38,299 nucleotides of DNA from an uncultured Methanosarcinales archaeon (GTDB taxonomy: Archaea; Nanobdellota; Nanobdellia; Woesearchaeales; CAYSVS01): contig CAZPRK010000008.1 of assembly GCA_964589485.1 (NCBI GenBank), forward strand, positions 1-38,299, written 5' to 3'. This document shows positions 20,337 to 27,950 of the stretch, in pieces; the first letter of the stretch is position 1, and each line of letters starts with the position of its first letter. The position numbers and the translations under genes were made by a program. Below the pieces are notes generated by a model. It had not been told where the DNA came from. It was given only the letters and a program-made list of their open reading frames with translations, and did not search any database.

Positions 20337-21003
20337 GATATTTTTGTAATATTATTTCTTTTATGTTTTCTAAGAATATCTCTGTAGGTGGATTAATTGC
20401 ATAATATTTTTTATCAAGACAAACTTCATTATTGAATTTATTTAATTTCCAAGTTACATCATATTCACTTACAAATTTAGCTATCTCAAGTAAATCTTCT
20501 TTTCTATACATTAATGAAGGAACAACCAAGGTTCTAAATTCAGCATATATGTTATTTTCTTTGATTAGTTTTAAAGATTCTGTGATGTCATTCATAATAC
20601 TGTGGCTTGGTTTAAAGAATGTTTGCGATTTTGTAACTTTTTCAAAAGTTTCGTTAAAGGGAGCTTTTATGTCAAATATTATTTTATCTACTAAATTTAA
20701 TTTGAACAAACTTAGTAAAGTATTTGGTTTACTTCCATTTGTATGAAGAATAATTCTTTTTCCAAGTTTCTTAGCATATTTTGCTAATTCTAACAATGCT
20801 GGTCTTTGTAAACATGGTTCACCTCCTGTAAAAAGAATTTCTTTAAAATTATTATTTTTAATTTCTTGTTTAATTTCTCTTATGTCTATTAAGAATTCTT
20901 CTTTAAAACTTAACATTTCTGGAGTGTTGCAAAATCCACAATTAAAATCACATCCTGAAAAGTAAATAGTATTACCTGAAAATTCAGCAATATATGCTTG
21001 CAT
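20314..21003 (-). CDS. radical SAM protein, NrdG/organic-radical activase-like
   Basis: GCDFNCGFC (CxxxCxxC), FTGGEPCLQ, HTNGS, DIKAP, EFRT..VP. Confidence 0.85.
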   Translation of the reverse strand: MQAYIAEFSGNTIYFSGCDFNCGFCNTPEMLSFKEEFLIDIREIKQEIKNNNFKEILFTGGEPCLQRPALLELAKYAKKLGKRIILHTNGSKPNTLLSLFKLNLVDKIIFDIKAPFNETFEKVTKSQTFFKPSHSIMNDITESLKLIKENNIYAEFRTLVVPSLMYRKEDLLEIAKFVSEYDVTWKLNKFNNEVCLDKKYYAINPPTEIFLENIKEIILQKYPKLKVEV

Positions 21004-21428
21004 TATTGATGCCCTGTGCTACCAAATCCACCTTCTCCTCTGGAAGTATCATTTAATTCATCTACAACAGTTAACTTTGCTTGAACAACTGGCATAATTA
21101 ACATTTGCGCAATTCTCATATTTCTTTCGATTTTGAAAATTTCATTACTATGGTTAATCATTACTACACCAATTTCCCCTCTATATCCTGCATCTATAAT
21201 TCCTGCCATAGTGTTAATTGAATTTTTAGCAGCTAAGCCACTTCTTCCTCTAATATTTCCAACAAATCCTGGTGGAATTTCAATTGCTAACCCAGTTGGA
21301 ACAATAACTTTTTCACCTGGTTGCATCTCAGTGTCAATTTTACTCCTTAAATCAAATGCTGCATCGTTTTCTGCTGCATATATTGGTGTATCTAAATCTT
21401 GATCTAATTTTTTAATTCTAACTTCCAT
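21003..21428 (-). CDS. dut: trimeric dUTPase
   Basis: AAFDL, VPTG, RSGLA, GIIDAGYRGE, RIAQ, RGEGGFGSTG. Confidence 0.97.
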   Translation of the reverse strand: MEVRIKKLDQDLDTPIYAAENDAAFDLRSKIDTEMQPGEKVIVPTGLAIEIPPGFVGNIRGRSGLAAKNSINTMAGIIDAGYRGEIGVVMINHSNEIFKIERNMRIAQMLIMPVVQAKLTVVDELNDTSRGEGGFGSTGHQ

Positions 21429-21430
21429 TT

Positions 21431-21925
21431 TTATATTTCCTCCTGAATTAAACTTTGTTTTTGATGTGAAATAACTTCTCCGTTAATAGCGTTTATTTTA
21501 ATATTGATTGTGCTAACGTCCATTGTTAAATATGTGATGTTCCACATATTTACATTATTAATACTTTGCAGTAAAATTAATGCTTTATTTGTGCTAGCTT
21601 TAGGATATTCTTGTAATGTTTCTTTTGCTTTTTCTATAGCTTCTTCGTATGTTACTCTAACTTTTTCTAAATCAAGAATTCCAACTTTATCTTCTGGTTT
21701 TTTAAATGGTTCTTGAAGAGGCTCAGGAATTATTTCTTTAGAATTAACCGTAAATTGGGCAACTAAGTTAGTACTTTCATTGTAAAACCCAATTTGCCAG
21801 TCTAGTTTAATATTATTCTCGGCCATAGTAAAGAAATGGCTTAATTTAGCATTAGGATTTTCTTTTAGATATTGTTTAAATTTAAAATCTTCAATTAATT
21901 TATCGTATGCTTCTTTATATTCCAT
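21431..21925 (-). CDS. hypothetical protein with PepSY-like C-terminus
   Basis: WQIGFY; VTYEEAIEKA...INIKINAINGEVI. First gene of the dut/radical SAM run. Confidence 0.65.
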   Translation of the reverse strand: MEYKEAYDKLIEDFKFKQYLKENPNAKLSHFFTMAENNIKLDWQIGFYNESTNLVAQFTVNSKEIIPEPLQEPFKKPEDKVGILDLEKVRVTYEEAIEKAKETLQEYPKASTNKALILLQSINNVNMWNITYLTMDVSTINIKINAINGEVISHQKQSLIQEEI

Positions 21926-21982
21926 ACTTTCAAGTTTTTTTATTGCGTTTAAATAAATTACTATTGTGGGTTATATTTATTA

Positions 21983-22519
21983 ATGTTTAAGAGTTTAAAG
22001 CAAAATATGAGTAATTTAGTAAATAAATTAATGTATGGCGTAATGGGAGTAGTATCAATTGGAAATAGTTTAAGTTATGTTCATAAACCAGAATTAACTT
22101 TTAGAACTCAAGAATATCGGTCTATTCCATCAAAAAAGGGTGTATGTGAGTTAAGAAGTTTACTTTCACAAGAATATGTTAAATTAAATCATAAACAGTT
22201 TATACCTGATTTAGAAAATGCAAAGAGCATTATTCAAGTAGGACTTTTTGAGTCAAAAGATAAAGATTTCCAATATCCTCATGCAGTTTATAATTTCCAA
22301 AAAAGCAAACATTCGATATTTGTAGATATAGTGGGTCCACATAGAAATTATCAAGCAATGGTTTATCAGCTTAAAAACGCAAACGCATTTATTGAGTTTG
22401 AGAGGAAAGGGTTTGATGAATCTGACCTTAAATTTGTCGTAGATGAATTAACTAAAGAATGTCCTTCTGGTGAAGATATTTTTATGAATGAATTCGAAGA
22501 TAAACAAATATTAGATTAA
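21983..22519 (+). CDS. hypothetical protein
   Basis: 178-aa ORF filling the gap; no motif recognised. Confidence 0.6.
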   Translation: MFKSLKQNMSNLVNKLMYGVMGVVSIGNSLSYVHKPELTFRTQEYRSIPSKKGVCELRSLLSQEYVKLNHKQFIPDLENAKSIIQVGLFESKDKDFQYPHAVYNFQKSKHSIFVDIVGPHRNYQAMVYQLKNANAFIEFERKGFDESDLKFVVDELTKECPSGEDIFMNEFEDKQILD

Positions 22520-22587
22520 ATTTCTAAGAATTTTCCTTTATAGCTTGGGTTAATAATAAGACTTTTCTCTATTTTATCTTGTTTGTT

Positions 22588-23508
22588 TTATATTACAAAT
22601 TCATATTGTTTTAAATATTCATCTAGACAAAATCTACATATTGCTTCTATTTTGCCTCTTCTACTGTTTTCTAATGCCGAGATATATTCGTTTCTTTTAT
22701 TTGGTTTTATTGCTAATGGCATTTTTCCTTTCATAATTAATAGCCAATTGATTAATAATCTACCAACTCTTCCATTTCCATCAATAAAAGGGTGTATGAT
22801 TTCAAATTGTGCGTGAGATTGGAATGTTACTTCGAAGTCATCTATTTTTGTAAACGCTTTTTTTATCCAATGCAGTAATTTAACTATTCTTTCTTCTGAA
22901 AATAAATATGATGTAGTGTGAACATCTCCTATGTAGTTTTGTACTTTTTTAAATTTACCTAATGTCTCATCTGATTCAATATTTTTGTTAATTCGATGAT
23001 GTAATTCAAATAAATCTTTTTTAGTAGGTAATTCTTTAACTTGTTTTTCGAGGTATTTCCAGGCATCTAATAAATTAGACGCCATAAATAATTCTTTTTT
23101 GCTATGGTTTTTTGGAACTATATCATTAAATAAAAAATCATAAGTTTCTTTAGGATTCATTGTGGAACCTTCTATTGCATTGCTACTGGCTATAAATGCG
23201 CTTAAAAATTTTTCATTCTCTTTTTCTCTAGACATATTATCTAAATTTTCAAGATATTTTCTGTATTTGGTAGATACATTGTTTAGTTTTTGATGATCTT
23301 TGTAAGATAATTCATCTTTAAATTCATTTAAGACCCAATCTTTATTATTTGCAGAAATTTTCATACATTCAAAATCTTCTTTTAATACTGGTTTTTTTGG
23401 TCCGATGTATTTAACTGTTTTCTGAATCACTTTTTTTCCATTTCTAATCGAAGTTACTAAATATAAATATTCTTTTCCTTTGATTTTTTTAGTTACTATT
23501 GAAACCAT
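22588..23508 (-). CDS. Fic family protein (AMPylase-like) with a basic N-terminal beta domain
   Basis: HPFIDGNGRVGR Fic motif, SNAIEGS inhibitory-type motif, N-terminus KKIKGKEYLYLVTSIR..KKVIQKTVKYIG. Confidence 0.92.
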   Translation of the reverse strand: MVSIVTKKIKGKEYLYLVTSIRNGKKVIQKTVKYIGPKKPVLKEDFECMKISANNKDWVLNEFKDELSYKDHQKLNNVSTKYRKYLENLDNMSREKENEKFLSAFIASSNAIEGSTMNPKETYDFLFNDIVPKNHSKKELFMASNLLDAWKYLEKQVKELPTKKDLFELHHRINKNIESDETLGKFKKVQNYIGDVHTTSYLFSEERIVKLLHWIKKAFTKIDDFEVTFQSHAQFEIIHPFIDGNGRVGRLLINWLLIMKGKMPLAIKPNKRNEYISALENSRRGKIEAICRFCLDEYLKQYEFVI

Positions 23509-23513
23509 TAACT

Positions 23514-23596
23514 TAGTTAACCACTACATATATTTAAAACTTCCCTATATATTCCATCCTTTCTATTCTTTTTTTAAATAGTTAACCACTACGTAT
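23514..23596. repeat. direct repeat pair upstream of the fic gene
   Basis: TAGTTAACCACTAC is exact at 23514-23527 and 23579-23592 (18 bp with one mismatch), 65 bp apart. Confidence 0.8.
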
Positions 23597-23631
23597 GGTT
23601 CATTAGTTAGAATTTTATTTTTTTATGTAAC

Positions 23632-24216
23632 TCAAACTTCTAAGAACTTTCCTTTATAACTTGGGTTAATAATTAAACTTTTCCCTATTTTATCTTGTTT
23701 GTTTGCATTTTCATGTAAATGTCCGCAAATAACTAAATTTGGTTGAACTCTTTTAATAAAATCTCTGTAACTTTTATTTCCTGCTCTTTGTCCGTGAATA
23801 ATGTCTACTGTAGTTTTATATGGTGGTTGATGTATCACTAAAACAACTTTTTCATATTGTTCTGCTAATTGTTCAAACCTTTTAGCTATACTATCAAATT
23901 CTTCACTTCTTGTTGTAAATCCTTCTCCTCCATGTCCTAGGAATAATATGTTGTCTATTACGATATGATTTTTGTGTATGTCAAAGATATGTTTATATTT
24001 GCTAGAAGCTTGTTTTACTTGTTTATCTTCTTCATGATTTCCTGGGATGACTAATGTTGTTTTTTTTAATTTTTCAATTTTAGAAAACACTTTATCTATT
24101 CCATTGCCAAAGATAGTCATATCTCCTGCGAAAATAGCTACATCAAATTCTTTATTTTTAATTTTATCTATTTCACCTACAGCACCATGTAAGTCAGCAT
24201 TAGCATATATTTTCAT
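23632..24216 (-). CDS. calcineurin-like metallophosphoesterase
   Basis: ADLHG, AGD, PGNHE, HQPP, CGHLHE, NP motifs. Confidence 0.92.
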   Translation of the reverse strand: MKIYANADLHGAVGEIDKIKNKEFDVAIFAGDMTIFGNGIDKVFSKIEKLKKTTLVIPGNHEEDKQVKQASSKYKHIFDIHKNHIVIDNILFLGHGGEGFTTRSEEFDSIAKRFEQLAEQYEKVVLVIHQPPYKTTVDIIHGQRAGNKSYRDFIKRVQPNLVICGHLHENANKQDKIGKSLIINPSYKGKFLEV

Positions 24217-24255
24217 TTAATAAATTAGAATTAGGATGTATTTAAAGATATTTAA

Positions 24256-24675
24256 TTAATCTTCTTTAAATTTTAATTTAGGTGGATCTGGAAAATCAAA
24301 TTCAGTATGTTTATGTGAGAATGATAAATGAAAATAACCTAGATGTTTATTTTCATTATAAACTGACATTGTGAAAACTCTTATTTGGTGATATTTTTCT
24401 TCTAACTCTATGCTATTTTCAAAATTTCCAGGAAAAATTTGTTCATAACAAAGTCCAAATTTTCTTGATTTAATCATAAATTGTTTACCAATATGTTGAG
24501 CTGCAAGTTGATATGCTGGGTGAGGAATACTTTTACGCAAATTACTATTATAAAAAAAAGATAACATGTTGTAAAATTTAGAATATTTGTTAAAAAGAGT
24601 ACTTTCTTTAAATTCTTCCCATCCTTCTTCTAAACTAATTTGAAGTTCATTTACGATCTTATCAATAGATTCCAT
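24256..24675 (-). CDS. hypothetical protein
   Basis: 139-aa ORF; no family recognised. Confidence 0.65.
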   Translation of the reverse strand: MESIDKIVNELQISLEEGWEEFKESTLFNKYSKFYNMLSFFYNSNLRKSIPHPAYQLAAQHIGKQFMIKSRKFGLCYEQIFPGNFENSIELEEKYHQIRVFTMSVYNENKHLGYFHLSFSHKHTEFDFPDPPKLKFKED

Positions 24676-24720
24676 ACAAACAATGTAATAGAATGGATAG
24701 TTATAAAATTAATTATATTA

Positions 24721-24740
24721 AAAAGAAAAAAAATAAAAAA
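24721..24740 (-). terminator. oligo-U tract, putative archaeal terminator
   Basis: The minus strand reads TTTTTTATTTTTTTTCTTTT just 3' of the nested-stem element. Confidence 0.35.
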
Positions 24741-24749
24741 TGGATTCAG

Positions 24750-25022
24750 AAGTTCAAAACTCAAACATTAGCACAGTCTTTGTTTCATAACTTAGACAAA
24801 AGGAAGTGCAAACTAGACGATTGCGTCTAGAAAAACATCGTAAGATACAAAATTGGTTTGTTTTGTTGCTTAAAAGATTAAAGATTAACCAGAATATTAT
24901 TGCTCTTTGATCCTAGATAAAAGATTATATGCACTTCCTTTTATTTTAAAAGTGTTACAATTTTTGTTACATTTTCTAAGGCTTGAAATAACGAATAAAA
25001 TAAGAAAAGACTATTTGAACCT
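24750..25022 (-). ncRNA. candidate structured non-coding RNA of unknown class (strand tentative)
   Basis: Five nested inverted repeats, including 13-bp AAAAGGAAGTGCA/TGCACTTCCTTTT, plus an internal 7-bp hairpin. Stem-end mismatches become G.U on the minus strand, and a U-rich tract follows. Confidence 0.4.
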
Positions 25023-25040
25023 ACTTATAGTAAAAATACC

Positions 25041-25057
25041 ATTTTGATAATCAAAAT
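25041..25057. promoter_or_regulatory. 17-bp palindrome, possible operator
   Basis: ATTTTGAT-A-ATCAAAAT, next to a TATA-like AATATATA upstream of the glycosyltransferase. Confidence 0.3.
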
Positions 25058-25114
25058 AATATATACTGTAGAAGAATAATGCTTAATATAAGAGTATCGA
25101 TTACTTATGTCAAA

Positions 25115-27085
25115 ATGAGGATATACTATGCAAGCCAGTCATTCTACCCTTTTATAGGCGGAGTACCTACATACTTGCTCAACTTAGCAAAAGAAATGGT
25201 CAACCTTGGAAATGAAGTCGTAGAAGTACATCTAAGAAGTTCTCATGCTGACGCTGATGATGAAATAAAGGGTGTCAAAGTACATAGAGTTCCAAGGGAA
25301 CCAATTAACTTCGACATCATGAAGATGTATAGTAAATTCAAGGAATCTGTTTATAAGGAATGTCATGAAAATAAAAATATCTTTGTTAATACTGCAGATA
25401 AAATGCCAGGATTCTTTGAATTTAATCAAGTAAATGAATACTTTGGAGAACAAATCAAAGATTTGTTTGAAAAAGAAAGCCCAGACATTGTACATATTCA
25501 TGACTTTCAATTACTTTTCGCATATAAATATGTACCCAGAGGAACTCCATTAATTCTTACTTGGCATATTCCAATAATTAAAAATATTTCTAAACACCTT
25601 TCTAATTTTTTAATAAAACATTTGAAACAGTACGATAAAGTAGTATTCTCAAGCCAAGAATATATTGACGCAATAGTTGAACTAGGATTTCCAAGAGAAA
25701 AAACTGAACTTATATACCCTATTGCGAACACGGATTTGTTTAAAATAATTGAATATGATAAAGAAAATGTATTAACTAAATATAACTTAAATAAGAACGA
25801 TAACAATATCTTATCAGTTCAAAGAGTTGATCCAAAGTCAGGGCATGAACAATTAGTAAGAGCATTACCAAGAATATTAGAAAAAGTTCCAAATGCTAAA
25901 TTAGTTTTTGTTGGAGGAGAATCATTAAGCAATCAACTTTCTGAAGAAAGAAAATTAATGCTAGAAGATCTAAAAAATTTAATTAAAGAATTAAACATTG
26001 AAGATAAAGTTATTTTCACAGGTAATATCGAATATCATATACTTCCGGAATTGTATAACTGTATCGATGTAGTTGCTCTATGTTCTAAAAATGAAGGATT
26101 TGGACTTTCTGTTACAGAAGGGATGGCTTGCGGAAATCCAATAGTAGCTACAAGAGTTGGTGGTTTACCTTTACAAGTTCAAGATGGAATAAACGGTTTC
26201 TTGGTTGAAGTAAATGACATTGCCGATACAGCCGCTAAAATCATCAAAATTCTTACAGATAAAGAATTGAAAAATAAAATGAAAGATAACTCTATTAATA
26301 TAGTTGAAAATAATTTCAAAAAAGAAATTGGAATTAAAAATCATCTTTCAATGTATAATTATCTAATAGGAGTAAAAGATGAATTTCATAAGATTGAATA
26401 TCTTAAAACTAAAGAAATAAAAGGAATTATATGTGACTTAGATAGAACTTTAATAGATGTTCCAGCAAAAAGAAAGTTTGACCCTGAAGATTTTAAAACA
26501 GCTCCGTTTAAAGAACTTGAATCACTAGGAATTGATCTTTTCCTAAGCACCGGAAGAAACATTGAATTTGTTAAAAAGTTATGCGAAACTTTTCCAATCT
26601 GGAGAGCAGTTATTGCAGAGAATGGAGCTATAATATATTTTCCTAAAACTAAGAAAACTTTACTTATAAACACAGATTATATGAAAGAAGTTAAGGAAAA
26701 AGTTAAAGAATTAAACTTACCCAATACAACCATAGGGAGAGTTATAACAAGCAACAGATGGGAAGATAAAGAATTGATACATGAAAAATTAGGTGACCTA
26801 TTTCATCAAGTTAACTGTGTGAAAAATGTTGATGAAATGATGTTAATCCCTGAAGGTGTTGAAAAAGGCCTTGCTACAAGAATAACTATGCAATATTTAA
26901 ATATTGACATAGAGAAAACAATCGTAATAGGCGATGGTGAAAATGATATTGACTTATTCCAAAATCCTGGGTTTAAAATTGCTGTTTCAAATTCTAGTGA
27001 AAAATTAAAAGTTTTAGCTAACCAAGTAACTTCTCTGCCAGCATCTTCTGGAGTTAAGGAAGTAATTCAAAAGTTAAAGGAATAA
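25115..27085 (+). CDS. GT-B (GT4-like) glycosyltransferase fused to a HAD-IIB phosphatase
   Basis: FYPFIGG, HIHDFQ, TWHIP, QRVDPKSG, EGFGLSVTEGMACG, then DLDRTL, STGR, AENGA, KG, GDGEND. Start refined to MRIYY. Confidence 0.88.
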   Translation: MRIYYASQSFYPFIGGVPTYLLNLAKEMVNLGNEVVEVHLRSSHADADDEIKGVKVHRVPREPINFDIMKMYSKFKESVYKECHENKNIFVNTADKMPGFFEFNQVNEYFGEQIKDLFEKESPDIVHIHDFQLLFAYKYVPRGTPLILTWHIPIIKNISKHLSNFLIKHLKQYDKVVFSSQEYIDAIVELGFPREKTELIYPIANTDLFKIIEYDKENVLTKYNLNKNDNNILSVQRVDPKSGHEQLVRALPRILEKVPNAKLVFVGGESLSNQLSEERKLMLEDLKNLIKELNIEDKVIFTGNIEYHILPELYNCIDVVALCSKNEGFGLSVTEGMACGNPIVATRVGGLPLQVQDGINGFLVEVNDIADTAAKIIKILTDKELKNKMKDNSINIVENNFKKEIGIKNHLSMYNYLIGVKDEFHKIEYLKTKEIKGIICDLDRTLIDVPAKRKFDPEDFKTAPFKELESLGIDLFLSTGRNIEFVKKLCETFPIWRAVIAENGAIIYFPKTKKTLLINTDYMKEVKEKVKELNLPNTTIGRVITSNRWEDKELIHEKLGDLFHQVNCVKNVDEMMLIPEGVEKGLATRITMQYLNIDIEKTIVIGDGENDIDLFQNPGFKIAVSNSSEKLKVLANQVTSLPASSGVKEVIQKLKE

Positions 27086-27139
27086 AAAGCAAACCTTTAT
27101 AATTCTAAGATTCATATATTTAATAAAAGAGGTTTCACT

Positions 27140-27949
27140 ATGGAAATTACTGTTATTGGAGATACAACTTTAGATTTAGTTGCAGAACAAGTTTCTAAGC
27201 TTCCAAAAGAAGATACTGAATTATTAACTACTTTTACACCAAAGTTAGGTGGCCAGGCTGCGCATTGTGCATTAGCTTTAGCTGAACTAGGTGTTAAAGT
27301 TACTTTTATTACATGTATTGCTGAAGGTAATGAAAAAATTATAAAAAAATTAAATAAATGTAAGTTAAAATTACAAAAAGAAAAAAAATCAGCTATATCT
27401 GTAATTATACCAACACCTAGTAAAAGAACAATTATTAATCAAAGAGGAGCTAATGAAGAATTAGTTTACAAAGATAAAATTAAAACTAAATATGTTTTTA
27501 TAGGTGGGTTCTGGCATATTCCTAAATTTAATGTTGAAAAATGTTTAAAGGATGCAAAAAACCCTATTGTATTCATGGATGTAGGATATAATGAAAAAGC
27601 AAATGTATCTAAATTAAAAAAAACTTTGAAATATGTTGATTATTTCTTTGCAGATGAAAAAGAATTAATGTTATATCATAATGCTCAAAGTCTAGAACAT
27701 GTGTTTCAAAAAGTAGATTGTGTATTAGGAATTCACATGGGAAAACGAGGAAGTGCAGTATATGACCATGGAAAATTAGAAGTTTCTAAAATTACGTCAA
27801 AATACTCAGGAGAAACTACAGGAGCAGGAGATTATTGGAACGCTGGATTTATTTATGGAACTATGAAAAAATGGCCTGATAAGAAAAAATTAGAATTTGC
27901 AAATAAATTTACAATAAAAATGTTAAAAAAAAACATACATAAATTATAA
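27140..27949 (+). CDS. PfkB/ribokinase-family carbohydrate kinase (paralog 1)
   Basis: GGQAA.CA.ALAELG and TTGAGDYWNAGF. GAGG RBS and AAACCTTTATAA promoter candidate at 27091-27102. Confidence 0.88.
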   Translation: MEITVIGDTTLDLVAEQVSKLPKEDTELLTTFTPKLGGQAAHCALALAELGVKVTFITCIAEGNEKIIKKLNKCKLKLQKEKKSAISVIIPTPSKRTIINQRGANEELVYKDKIKTKYVFIGGFWHIPKFNVEKCLKDAKNPIVFMDVGYNEKANVSKLKKTLKYVDYFFADEKELMLYHNAQSLEHVFQKVDCVLGIHMGKRGSAVYDHGKLEVSKITSKYSGETTGAGDYWNAGFIYGTMKKWPDKKKLEFANKFTIKMLKKNIHKL

Positions 27950-27950
27950 A

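Noticed and set aside
24750..25022. Identification of the structured element as SRP RNA, RNase P RNA, cobalamin riboswitch or retron msr-msd
   Set aside because: I found no proper SRP helix-8 motif (AGG-stem-GNRA-stem-AGCA), although UGUAA motifs are present. There is no RNase P GGAAnnUC/P4 pairing, no B12 box and no reverse transcriptase nearby. A highly divergent member cannot be excluded without cmscan.
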